Assembly: GCA_965242925.1 (NCBI GenBank)
Contig: CBDEUM010000009.1
Location: 97,514-161,513, forward strand
Source of the DNA: Roseibacillus sp.
GTDB taxonomy: Bacteria; Verrucomicrobiota; Verrucomicrobiia; Verrucomicrobiales; Akkermansiaceae
Direction: 5' to 3'
Length of the DNA stretch: 64,000 nucleotides
Under the pieces are notes generated by a model that ran no database searches, was not told where the DNA came from, and saw only the letters and a program-made list of their open reading frames with translations. The position numbers and the translations under genes were made by a program. Of the stretch, positions 17,540-26,876 are shown one piece after another (within the stretch, counting starts at the first letter, position 1; each line of letters begins with the position of its first letter).

Positions 17540-20404
17540 TTAGTCCAGAAACATGGCCTCGTTGGAGATCAGGAGGGCCTGGGCCAGGCGCTCCCAGGGA
17601 CTGAGGGAGGAATCCCCGCTCCGCTTCCCGGCAAAGTGTGCCCCGGCATCCCACACTTGCTTTCCTCCGATGAGTTCGAGTCGCGGCGACCACTCAAATC
17701 CATCACAGAAGAAATTGTTGGCAGAGCCGCAATCGATCACGAAATCGAGGACCTCTCCGACCTTCACTTCAACCTCGGCAAGACCGGCTGGCTGGGCAGT
17801 TCCGAATTCGACCTGCCAGGCTTCCATAATCCCCTGGCGATTACTGCACACCCACCCTCGCAGCCCGTCTCCGCAATCTTCGATCTTCCTGATCGTGCCC
17901 GTAATCCTGATTGTTCCCTCAATAGGCGAGGTCCACCGTCGCACAGCTCCGTGCTCCACCTTGTTTCCGGCGTGACCGCCAATCGCGGTGAGCCGAACCC
18001 AGCCCAGGGCACCATCCGGCCATTTCGCTCCTCCTCCCCAGGCCTTGCCATTGAAGTGCGGAAGCGGATGAAAGGTGGAAACGCTCTCCCCGTTCTCCTC
18101 AAGTTTTCCGTAGCCATAGCTCCAAGCCGCTACCTCTGCAACCGGGATGCGCTCCTCACCGTCCACCCCGGAGAGGAGAAACTCCCGGACACTCCGCGAC
18201 TCCTCCAAAGTGGGTCGCCGTGCCAGAACGTGTAGAAACGTGCGAGCAATCCTTTCAGCCTCATCGCTGCCGGGATTCTCTCCGGCCACCCGCCGGGCCA
18301 GAGCCCGGGCCCGGGCAACGGTAAAGGGCGCATTCATGAGAAAAAGGGCCTGCTGCGGAACATTGGTGCGGTAACGGCGTGGCGAATGCAGTTCAGGATT
18401 GGCAAAGTCAAAGACGCGCAGGGCCGAGGGCAGATACTGCCGGTCAATGCGCCCATAGAGGCTCCGCCGCACGGAGGCGCTGATTCCGAAGAGTTCCCCG
18501 GGCGCTCCCCCGACCCGCACGTCAAGTTCCCCCGAAGCCGCCAGCATGGAGTCGCGCATTGCTTCAAAATCCAGTCGGCGGCGGGGATACACCGAGAGCA
18601 GGCGATTCTCAAAATCCGCGCCAGGAGGATTGTCCGCACGAATCCGACAAAGCGCCGAGGCGGCTATCAGGCGCTGGATATGCTTCAACGACCAGTTGTG
18701 CCCCATCAGTTCCGAAGCAAGAAAATCGAGCAGGCCGGGATGGGTCGGCCTCTCGCTACGGGTCCCGAAGTCGCTGTCGGTCCGCACCAGCCCCTCTCCG
18801 AAGTGTCCCCGCCAGATCCGATTCACGATCACCCTGGCAGTAAGCGGATTTTCCCGGGCCGTGATTTCCCGGGCCAGGGCCAGCCGCCCCGATCCCCCGC
18901 GGTAACGCGGTCGCTTCCCGCCGTGTAGAATCCCAAGTGAACCGCGCGCAACCTCCTCCAGTTGATTGGGGTATTGTCCACGCTCGAAGACGCGCACATT
19001 CCCCGCAACCGGCCGGTCGATCAGAGTCAGGGCATGGGGCGCCTTCTCCCGCAGATTAATGACTTCGCGATCAAGGGCAGCCTGCGCCTTCTTGAGGGGG
19101 CCCTTATTTTCATCGTCAAAGAGCCACTCCACATCATGAACGTATTCGCGGGGAATACGAATGGGCGATCCCGGTCCCCGGACAACCTCCCGCAATTCCC
19201 GCCAGGCAGCTGCCTCATTCTGCTTCTCTTCATTCACACTCCGCCACAGGAGATCCTGGTAGTGTCGGGCAACCTCAGGCAGATTGACTGCCGGACCTCC
19301 CAGCACTTCCGCAACGAGTGGATTCGCGATCGAAAGATCAGGAGTCTTCGTTCGCGCAAGGGCCACCCAGGCACCGAATACCGGATCACTGCGTCGCTTC
19401 TCCTGTGAAAGAAACTCGTGCCACCGCCGGATCTGGGCCGGGATCAGGTCGTCCCCTTCAATGATCTCCGCGAAGTCCGGAGGCGGCACCTTGGCAATAT
19501 CAAGCGCCGCCACCATGTATTCTGCGGCCCGCTGTAGAAAACGACCCTCCATCTCCGTCGCCCGCTTTTCAAACTCCGCGGCAAGGACTTCCCTCTTCTT
19601 TCCCAACTCGATGTGCTTCTCAGCAACCTCCTGATCAAGAGCCTGCAGGTCCTCCCGCGAACTTTTAAAGACCCCGTAGAGCGCGTAATAATCCGCCGTG
19701 GGGATCGGATCAAACTTGTGATCGTGACAGCGGGCGCAGGTCACCGTCAGGGCAAGCACTCCCCGGGTCACCACATCGATGCGGTCGTCAATGATATCAG
19801 GCTCCACCCCGAGAAACCGGCGCCCCAGGGTAAGAAATCCCATCGCGGCAAGGTCACTGCGGTCGCAATGCCCCTCCGCGAGCAGAAGATCGGCAGCGAG
19901 CTGCCGCTGGATGAACTGATCGTACGGCAGGTCCCCGTTGAAGGCTTTCACGATCCAGTCGCGATAAACCCAGGCGTGGGGGAAATCGAACTCCTCCCCC
20001 GCATAGGCATACCCCTTGGTGTCGGAATACCGTGCCACATCGAGCCAGAGACGAGCCCATCGCTCGCCATAGTGCGGCGAGGCGAGCAACTCATCCACCA
20101 CTTCGGTCGCCAGGGTCTGATCGTCCTTGGGGGAAGCGATGAGTTCAGCGAGTCGTTCGTGACCGGGAGGAAGACCGCTCAGATTGTAGTAGAGCCTGCG
20201 CAGCCAATCACGACGCGCGGCTGGCGGCGCACTCCGCAGGCCCGCCTCCCTGGTTCGCTGCCCGACAAACCAGGAAACCGGATCGATTGAGGCATGTTCC
20301 GGCACCTCCACCCGCACAACCGGTCGCAGTGCCCAGTGGTCTCCGGCCGTTGCCAGGAACGGCCAGAAGAATCCAAAAACTCCAAGTTGGAGGGAACCCC
20401 GCAT
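17540..20404 (-). CDS. DUF1549/DUF1553 (PSCyt2/PSD1) heme-binding protein, partner of the DUF1501 gene
   Basis: DHWALRP, LLASPHYGERWARLWLDVARYSDTKG, CARCHDHKFDPI, SGRLALAREI, NPLTARVIVNRIW, RRLDFEAMRDSML, PQQALFLMN, LLISNEAMFLD. Confidence 0.93.
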   Translation of the reverse strand: MRGSLQLGVFGFFWPFLATAGDHWALRPVVRVEVPEHASIDPVSWFVGQRTREAGLRSAPPAARRDWLRRLYYNLSGLPPGHERLAELIASPKDDQTLATEVVDELLASPHYGERWARLWLDVARYSDTKGYAYAGEEFDFPHAWVYRDWIVKAFNGDLPYDQFIQRQLAADLLLAEGHCDRSDLAAMGFLTLGRRFLGVEPDIIDDRIDVVTRGVLALTVTCARCHDHKFDPIPTADYYALYGVFKSSREDLQALDQEVAEKHIELGKKREVLAAEFEKRATEMEGRFLQRAAEYMVAALDIAKVPPPDFAEIIEGDDLIPAQIRRWHEFLSQEKRRSDPVFGAWVALARTKTPDLSIANPLVAEVLGGPAVNLPEVARHYQDLLWRSVNEEKQNEAAAWRELREVVRGPGSPIRIPREYVHDVEWLFDDENKGPLKKAQAALDREVINLREKAPHALTLIDRPVAGNVRVFERGQYPNQLEEVARGSLGILHGGKRPRYRGGSGRLALAREITARENPLTARVIVNRIWRGHFGEGLVRTDSDFGTRSERPTHPGLLDFLASELMGHNWSLKHIQRLIAASALCRIRADNPPGADFENRLLSVYPRRRLDFEAMRDSMLAASGELDVRVGGAPGELFGISASVRRSLYGRIDRQYLPSALRVFDFANPELHSPRRYRTNVPQQALFLMNAPFTVARARALARRVAGENPGSDEAERIARTFLHVLARRPTLEESRSVREFLLSGVDGEERIPVAEVAAWSYGYGKLEENGESVSTFHPLPHFNGKAWGGGAKWPDGALGWVRLTAIGGHAGNKVEHGAVRRWTSPIEGTIRITGTIRKIEDCGDGLRGWVCSNRQGIMEAWQVEFGTAQPAGLAEVEVKVGEVLDFVIDCGSANNFFCDGFEWSPRLELIGGKQVWDAGAHFAGKRSGDSSLSPWERLAQALLISNEAMFLD

Positions 20405-20697
20405 CTGAATTTGCAAGGATGCGCCCCTCCGGGGCACGTGCCAGCAAAATCAGACCATCTCATCCGGCGAATCGACCGTTTCATGCTTCATCATGAAACA
20501 CCGGGGCAGTCCGGCGGGAGGAGTTGACGCAAAGGCAGACATTGCTGAGCCTCTCACCATCGTATGAATACCAGTCAGCTCCCCTCGCTCTCCCGGTTCT
20601 GGCTGGACGGGATGGAAGCTGCAACTTCGACCATCAGCTGACCGCGCACTCAATCCCGGTGCCTTACTGCCGAGACCACAGATTCAGCCCATCCGCC

Positions 20698-21690
20698 ATG
20701 AGCATCCCTAAAATCATTATCACGGACTTCATCGCCGAGCCACTTGTTTTCGAGCGAGGAGTGATCGGTGACGAAGCAGAGATCGTGGCCCTGGAGGCCA
20801 TGAGCGAGGAGGAACTGGTAGGCCAGACCGAAGACGCCGACGCAATCATCTGCTATCACTACCTCTCCATCACGCGAGCAACCCTTGAGCGCCTGCAGAA
20901 CTGCAAGGCCATCGTGCGAGGGGGTGTAGGATACGACAACATCGACTGTGTGACCGCACGCGAACGCGGGATTCCCGTCTGCAATGTACCGGATTACGGA
21001 ACGGAAGAGGTGGCCGACTCGGCGCTGGGCATGATGATCTCCCTCGCCCGAGGCACCCACTTCCTGCACAGCCGGTTGCGTCGCGGATTGGGCGAATGGA
21101 GCGTGGAGCAGGCCAAGCCCATCCCTCGTCTGCGCGGGCGGGTGCTGGGCATCATCGGCTGCGGCCGGATCGGCTCCGCGGTGGCCCTCCGTGCCAGAAC
21201 CTTCGGCCTTGAGGTGATTTTCTACGATCCCTACGTCCCCGACGGCCTGGACAAGGCGCTCGGCATCCGGCGGGTGGACCGTCTGGAGGAGTTACTGACC
21301 AGATCCTACATCGTGAGCCTGCACTGTCCTCTTACCCGGGAAACGGCAAACATCGTCGGGGAAGACGAACTGGCCGCCATGCAGCCGGGCAGCTTCCTGG
21401 TCAACACCGCCCGGGGCGGGGTGGTCGACACCACGGCCGTGGTGGATTCCCTTGCCGCGGGCCATCTCCGGGGTGCCGGTATTGACGTTCTGGAGCAGGA
21501 ACCGCCCGGGGAAGATTCGCCGGTCCTCAGGGCCTGGCGCGATCCCGCTCACCCCGCCCATGACCGGCTCTTTCTTAATCCGCATGCCGCCTTTTACTGC
21601 GAGGAGGGCGGCGAGGAGTTCCGCTCCAAGGCCGCACGGGAGTGCCTGCGCGCCATCCGCGGTGAATCCCTGCGCAACGTGGTGAACTGA
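20698..21690 (+). CDS. D-isomer-specific 2-hydroxyacid dehydrogenase (CtBP-like)
   Basis: RGGVGYDNID, NVPDYGTEEVAD, GIIGCGRIG, VSLHCPLT, LVNTARGGVVD, GIDVLEQEP, NPHAAFY. Confidence 0.93.
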   Translation: MSIPKIIITDFIAEPLVFERGVIGDEAEIVALEAMSEEELVGQTEDADAIICYHYLSITRATLERLQNCKAIVRGGVGYDNIDCVTARERGIPVCNVPDYGTEEVADSALGMMISLARGTHFLHSRLRRGLGEWSVEQAKPIPRLRGRVLGIIGCGRIGSAVALRARTFGLEVIFYDPYVPDGLDKALGIRRVDRLEELLTRSYIVSLHCPLTRETANIVGEDELAAMQPGSFLVNTARGGVVDTTAVVDSLAAGHLRGAGIDVLEQEPPGEDSPVLRAWRDPAHPAHDRLFLNPHAAFYCEEGGEEFRSKAARECLRAIRGESLRNVVN

Positions 21691-21743
21691 AAGCGTGGAG
21701 CCGTCGGAGGCTCGACAAGTGGAGCACTTCCCCGACACACGAT

Positions 21744-21941
21744 TCAGCAGGTCGCCCGGCCCTCGGAGAGATCGAAAATCCCGCCCGTGCTGAAGGAGCA
21801 ATCATCCGAACACAGCCAGGCTGTCAAGGCCGCCGCTTCCCCTGTCAGCCGGAAGCGGGCCCATCGGAATCCTGAAGAGCATGTAGTCGATGTGCTCCTG
21901 GAAATCTGCCTGAGAATGTCAGTTTTGATCACGGCAGGGGT
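21744..21941 (-). pseudogene. C-terminal fragment of a short-chain dehydrogenase/reductase (SDR)
   Basis: With two single-base frame changes it reads TPAVIKTDILRQI(S)QEHIDYMLFRIPMGRF...EAAALTAWLCSDDCSFSTGGIFDLSEGRATC*, a typical SDR C-terminus. No Rossmann motif or YxxxK upstream. Confidence 0.78.
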
Positions 21942-23014
21942 GTTTGACTTGGGAGGTGTTTCCGCAGGAAGCGAATAAAGTTGCCGTGGAGAACCTTGTC
22001 GACGTCTTCCGTCGAGTAGCCCCGCTCCTCAAGCAATTCTCCCACCCGCTGCAGAGCGGCAATGGACTGGACATCCTGGGGTACCTGTTCGACCCCGAAT
22101 CCACCGTCAAGATCCGAACCAATCCCCACATGATCGGCATTTCCCGCCAGCTGACAGATGTGATCGGTATGATCGAGCAGGTGCTCAAGATTCAGTCCGG
22201 CCCCTCGGGGGGTGGTAATTCCCCTGCGCCAGCCCGGCACCATCATCCAGGCGTCGAGGGCTCCTCCGATTACCGCTCCCCGTTCGATCAGGCGTTTGAG
22301 CTGTTCGTCCGAGATTTGCCGCGGGTCATCGACGAGGGCACGACAGTTCGAGTGACTGGCCCACACCGGCCCGTCGTAGAGATCGAGCACCTCGTGGAAT
22401 GTCCGGTCACAAAGGTGTGTGGCATCGAGGATCATTCCGAGCCGGTCCATCTCGCGGATCAACTCGCCCCCCAGTTCTGAGAGCGGACCGTCCTGGTCGT
22501 GGCCCAGCGCATAGCGGCCCACTCCGTAGTGGGCGGGACCGAGGGCCCGCAGGCCCTGCTCCCAAGACTGCTCGAGATGCCCTGGCGTGCGGATCGAATC
22601 GGCTCCTTCCAGACTGAGGACATAACCAATAGCGCCCTCTGAAACGCCTTCCTCCCACCGGTCCAGCACCCGTTCCAGAGAGGCCTGATCAACGATCTGC
22701 TCCAACTCCCCCGCTTCCTCCATGGCACGATACCAGGCCAGTTGTCCCTGCGTCTGGCTCCAGGCGATTTCGGGCGCATTCCACCCTGAGGCCACCGCGC
22801 CCGGTTTCATGCAGCCGGCCAGCAGCGTGGCCACGCACAGGCCGACCCCCCCCCGTCGCATCTCCGGGAAGCACACCGCACCCCGGCCCCGTCCCCCCAG
22901 GTCATCCAGGTCCGCTTCTTCCCCCCGGATCTCGTCCAGCTCCCTGCGAAGGTCGCGATTATAATCGATCGCGCCGAGGGACAGATCGAGATGGGCATCG
23001 AAAACCAGTTTCAT
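21929..23014 (-). CDS. Membrane dipeptidase family (peptidase M19, amidohydrolase fold)
   Basis: FDAHLDL, LSLEGAD, LDATHL, WASHSNCRAL, HVGIGSDLDGG, HGNFIRFL. Confidence 0.92.
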   Translation of the reverse strand: MKLVFDAHLDLSLGAIDYNRDLRRELDEIRGEEADLDDLGGRGRGAVCFPEMRRGGVGLCVATLLAGCMKPGAVASGWNAPEIAWSQTQGQLAWYRAMEEAGELEQIVDQASLERVLDRWEEGVSEGAIGYVLSLEGADSIRTPGHLEQSWEQGLRALGPAHYGVGRYALGHDQDGPLSELGGELIREMDRLGMILDATHLCDRTFHEVLDLYDGPVWASHSNCRALVDDPRQISDEQLKRLIERGAVIGGALDAWMMVPGWRRGITTPRGAGLNLEHLLDHTDHICQLAGNADHVGIGSDLDGGFGVEQVPQDVQSIAALQRVGELLEERGYSTEDVDKVLHGNFIRFLRKHLPSQTPLP

Positions 23015-23025
23015 GGTCGTGGCGC

Positions 23026-24144
23026 TCAGATTGTCAGCCGCCGGTTGCGAGCCGTCACCTCCCAACTCTCCCCTGTGATCGCGCCATCGCGAATCAGGAA
23101 TGCTTCCTGGTAAAGTGCCACGGTGGGGCAGATGTGATGGGGCACTCCCAGATAAGCCTCCCCCACGGCATGGCGCTCGGGCGCTTCAACCTCCACCACG
23201 AGATGTTCCTCACTGTGGCCGATGGCCCGCGCATCCTCAAGGCCGGGCAAGTGGACACGCTTTTCGAGAGGTCCCTCCGAGGCGATGGCCTTGTGCCCCA
23301 GGTCGAGGCAAAGGCGATTCATTCCGGGCTTGCTCACGATGCGGGTGAGGACCACCGCCGCATTCTCGAAGGGTAGATCCGGATACGCCGTGCCGTAACC
23401 GTGATCCCAGAAGAGTGCGGTGCCCGGGCTGCATTGCCAACCACGCTCGCCGGCGTGGAATCCAAAGGTCGGCGAGCCGCCGCCCACCACCGCCGGAACG
23501 GAGTGCCCCGCCACGGCAAGAGCATCGAGCAGAGCCTGGACAGACTCCATCGCCCCCGACCAGCTTTCCCGTCGGTCGGTCACCCCGGGCGCACGCACAT
23601 GACCATCGTAGGCATGCACCCCGGCGAAGTGGATGCCGTTGGCAGCGGTAATGGCCTCCACCAGCGAGATCGCATCATCAACCGAACAGATTCCCGTGCG
23701 TGCCATCCCGCAATCAAAGTCAACGAATGCCGCCAACTCCACCCCGGCGGCGAGGCAGGGTGCGATCATCCCCGACAGCACCTCCGCGCTGTCCACCAAA
23801 AAGGCGAGGCGCACGTGGGGATACGCCAAGGCCAACCGCAGCAGGCGGTCCTGACCGGGGCCCACCACGGGGTAGGCCAGGAGCACATCCCGGGCCCCCG
23901 CCGCGAGACACATCTCCACCTCCGCGATGGTGGAGGCCTTGAACTTCTCGATTCCCGCTGCCAACTGCAGGCGCACCACCGCATCCATCTTATGCGTCTT
24001 GACGTGCGGACGGAGCCGTTCCGGTCCTCCGCACAGCTCGATCATGCGTTCGATATTGGACTGCACCCGCCCGGGCCACACCAGCAGGGAGGGAGAAGGC
24101 ACGCTCTCAAGGTTGGCGACCTCCAGTCCGGGGAGCGGCTTCAT
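23026..24144 (-). CDS. D-TA family PLP-dependent enzyme (D-threonine aldolase / D-serine dehydratase DSD1-like, fold type III)
   Basis: LRPHVKTHK (PLP lysine), GMARTG, HAYDGH, GGGSPTF, SPGT, LDLGHKA, HSEEH, PHHICPTV. Confidence 0.92.
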   Translation of the reverse strand: MKPLPGLEVANLESVPSPSLLVWPGRVQSNIERMIELCGGPERLRPHVKTHKMDAVVRLQLAAGIEKFKASTIAEVEMCLAAGARDVLLAYPVVGPGQDRLLRLALAYPHVRLAFLVDSAEVLSGMIAPCLAAGVELAAFVDFDCGMARTGICSVDDAISLVEAITAANGIHFAGVHAYDGHVRAPGVTDRRESWSGAMESVQALLDALAVAGHSVPAVVGGGSPTFGFHAGERGWQCSPGTALFWDHGYGTAYPDLPFENAAVVLTRIVSKPGMNRLCLDLGHKAIASEGPLEKRVHLPGLEDARAIGHSEEHLVVEVEAPERHAVGEAYLGVPHHICPTVALYQEAFLIRDGAITGESWEVTARNRRLTI

Positions 24145-24608
24145 TCCGGAGAGATCTCCACGATCATTTCAATCTCCACCGCAATGCCTCCCGGAAGGGT
24201 GTTGGAAGGAAGGGCACTCCGGGCCCCCACCCCGATCTCAGGTCCGAACAGCTCGGCAAACAACTCACTGCAACCGTTGATGACCTTGGGCTGGTCCACG
24301 AAGTCATTCGCGGAATTTACGAATCCAAGCGTCTTGACCACCCGTTTGACCCGATCAAGGCTGCCCAGGGAGGCCCGGAGGGTGGAAAGAAGGGCCAGTC
24401 CGGTCTGCCGGGCCGCATCGTAACCACCCTCCAAGTCCGTGTCTTCCCCGACCCGGCCCACGATCAGGGTGCCGTCCGTCCTCAGGGGCCCATGCCCGGA
24501 GAGGTAGGCAATGCTGCCTTGGAAGACAATCGGCTTGTAAACGCCCATCGGCTTTGGAGCTTCGGGCAATTCGAGATTCAATTCCTTGAGTTTTTCTTCA
24601 GCGCTCAT
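24141..24608 (-). CDS. RidA/YjgF family protein (long subgroup)
   Basis: PKPMGVYKP, YLSGHGP, VKTLGFVNS, FVDQPKVINGCSEL, GVGARSA, VEIEMI. ATGA overlap with the D-TA gene. Confidence 0.92.
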   Translation of the reverse strand: MSAEEKLKELNLELPEAPKPMGVYKPIVFQGSIAYLSGHGPLRTDGTLIVGRVGEDTDLEGGYDAARQTGLALLSTLRASLGSLDRVKRVVKTLGFVNSANDFVDQPKVINGCSELFAELFGPEIGVGARSALPSNTLPGGIAVEIEMIVEISPE

Positions 24609-24672
24609 CGATGAAGTGGGAAGTTAGCGATTAAGGCCATGGGCGCGACTCGAAATTCATTTCGAGTCGGGG

Positions 24673-26559
24673 TCAGGTTCCGAAGTAGCGTTCCACCAGT
24701 TCCTGATCCGGTTTACGGCCCCTGAGTGTTATCACAACGAGGACCAGCAAGTTGGCGGACGAGGCCCAGATGAAGGGATGTATATTGAAGGGGCTGAAGG
24801 CGCTGAACTCGCCGTTCACTTTCCAGCCGATGAGATAGAAGAGCAACATGATCGCTCCTCCGATGATCATTCCCGCCACCGCGGCGCTGGCCGTCATTCT
24901 TCGCCAGTAGAGAGCGAGCACGACCGGCACCAGGAAACAGGCTCCCAGCCCACCCGAGGCGAACACGATCAGGGTCTGGAGAAACTCGGGAGGGTTCAGC
25001 ACGAACAGGACCGCGAGGACACCGACACACAGGGTCGTCCAGTAACTGAGCCGGGCGATCGTCTTCTCCGAGACGTCGTGCTTCACGTTCTGCTGGTAGA
25101 CATCCCGAACCACCCCGGAAGAGACCAGCAGGAGAAAGCTGTCCACACTCGACATCACGGCCGCAAAAGGAGCCGCCACCAGGATCCCCGCTAACCAGGG
25201 AACACCGGCATTGCTCGTCACCAGGCTCGCCATCTCCGGCATGATCCGGTCGGGAGTGATCTCCATCCCCGGCAGGAGAATCCGCGCACTCGTGAAGATC
25301 AGGACGAGGGGCAGATAGATCAGGGTGAAGAAAACTCCGACGAAGAGAATCGATCGCCGCAGCACCACCGTGTCCCGGTAAGCCATCTGGCGCACCATGT
25401 AGCTCGGTTGACCTGCCCCCGAAAAGTTCCAGAAGGCAAAGAAGCTCAGGGCCAGGAGGACCGGCAGGAACCCCTCGGGCTTGGTGCGGTGCGGACCCGG
25501 GGCGGTCAAGTAAACGCCTTCCTGGCCGGCGCCATACTTGTAAGGCTCGCGTTCGAGGATGCGCGCCTTGACGTCCCGCCGCACTTCACCCGCAATCCGC
25601 CCTGCCTCTTCCCCGGAAGTAACGATGAGCACCTCGACCGGGATCGCTTCCGTCGAGACCGAACCGGCCTCCTTGAGTCTCACGATCTCTCCGTCCTCGG
25701 AAGCCAACCAGGTTCCCTTTGGGAGAGAGAGCTCTCCGCCCCCGGCCTCCGCGAAAAAGATTGCCGTCCCGAACTCCGGCGGCGTCTGCTTCTCCAGTTG
25801 CCGCGTCGCATTTTCCAGTCCGCCCACCTGGGAAAGCGTCAGAGCCAGGAGAATCAGGACCCCTGCCAGCATGACGAGCCCCTGCATCACGTCGGTCCAG
25901 ACCACCGCCCGGAAACCCCCGTAAGCGGTGTAGGCAATCACCGCGAGCGCAAAGAAGCACAGGCACACCAGGTAGTCCCCGTCTGCGGCACCGATCCAGA
26001 ACCAGCCCTCGGTGGTGCGCTCGACGGCCGTAACCACCGCCTGGTAGATGGGGATTCCGCCAAAGAGAGTGGCCATGATGGCAGCCCCCGCCTTGAACTG
26101 GGCCAGGATGTAAAAGAAGGTGAAGATCACCACCAGGACCGTGGCGGCATTGCCGACCCCGTTACTGTCAAAGCGCTTGCGGAGGAGTTCGGGAATAGTG
26201 ATGGCCCCGGCGATGCGGCCCACCTGGTTGATGCGCTTCGCAATGAGGCTGAGGGCCACCAGCGGCACCACCATGTAGCCGCAGATCCACCACGCCAGCA
26301 CCCAGCCATGAGTGTAGATCAGGGCCGGGAAGCCCATGAAGCTCCCGCCGCTGGCCAGGGTTGCCGCATAGGTCAGGGCAAAGGCCCACATCCCGAAGTT
26401 GCGGCCACCCAGGTAGTATTCCCCCACGAACGACTTCCCCTTCCGGGCCCGCCCGGCCAGATAGGCGATGACGAAGACCACCCCCACGTAACCCAGGAAG
26501 CAAACCAGGGCCGAACTCGACGCGCCCGCCGCCACAGCGATCAGGTTCGGCCCACTCAT
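24673..26559 (-). CDS. Sodium:solute symporter (PanF-like) with a large extracytoplasmic insertion
   Basis: EYYLGGR, ATLASGGSFMGFP, TIPELLRKRF, YTAYGGFRAVVWTDVMQG, AAPFAAVMSSVDSFLL. Many transmembrane helices. Confidence 0.92.
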   Translation of the reverse strand: MSGPNLIAVAAGASSSALVCFLGYVGVVFVIAYLAGRARKGKSFVGEYYLGGRNFGMWAFALTYAATLASGGSFMGFPALIYTHGWVLAWWICGYMVVPLVALSLIAKRINQVGRIAGAITIPELLRKRFDSNGVGNAATVLVVIFTFFYILAQFKAGAAIMATLFGGIPIYQAVVTAVERTTEGWFWIGAADGDYLVCLCFFALAVIAYTAYGGFRAVVWTDVMQGLVMLAGVLILLALTLSQVGGLENATRQLEKQTPPEFGTAIFFAEAGGGELSLPKGTWLASEDGEIVRLKEAGSVSTEAIPVEVLIVTSGEEAGRIAGEVRRDVKARILEREPYKYGAGQEGVYLTAPGPHRTKPEGFLPVLLALSFFAFWNFSGAGQPSYMVRQMAYRDTVVLRRSILFVGVFFTLIYLPLVLIFTSARILLPGMEITPDRIMPEMASLVTSNAGVPWLAGILVAAPFAAVMSSVDSFLLLVSSGVVRDVYQQNVKHDVSEKTIARLSYWTTLCVGVLAVLFVLNPPEFLQTLIVFASGGLGACFLVPVVLALYWRRMTASAAVAGMIIGGAIMLLFYLIGWKVNGEFSAFSPFNIHPFIWASSANLLVLVVITLRGRKPDQELVERYFGT

Positions 26560-26873
26560 GGGCGCTCGGGGTTGGAATCCTCTGCCGGATCCTCCCGGTC
26601 CGGATCGAGATCCGTGTCCTTCATGAAGACCATCGAGAACCAAAACGTGAAGCCGCAGGCCGCAATCCACGGCAAAACCACCCCGAAGAAGACCCAGCGC
26701 GGCATCCCGAAAACAGTCTCCACGGGCTTGTCCGGATCGAACCGGCCCCCAAGGCCGCATACCAGGCCGGTCCAGGTCAGAAACACCAGCCAGGCGATGA
26801 CAATGACCACCGTTTCGCGGCTCGCCTGACGAAACGATTCGCCCAGCCGCCTGTTACGATCCTCCCTCCTCAT
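26556..26873 (-). CDS. DUF997/YhdT family small membrane protein (SSS accessory)
   Basis: FRQASRE, two hydrophobic helices, FGMPRWVFFG, FMKDTDL. ATGA overlap with the symporter. Confidence 0.85.
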   Translation of the reverse strand: MRREDRNRRLGESFRQASRETVVIVIAWLVFLTWTGLVCGLGGRFDPDKPVETVFGMPRWVFFGVVLPWIAACGFTFWFSMVFMKDTDLDPDREDPAEDSNPERP

Positions 26874-26876
26874 CGC

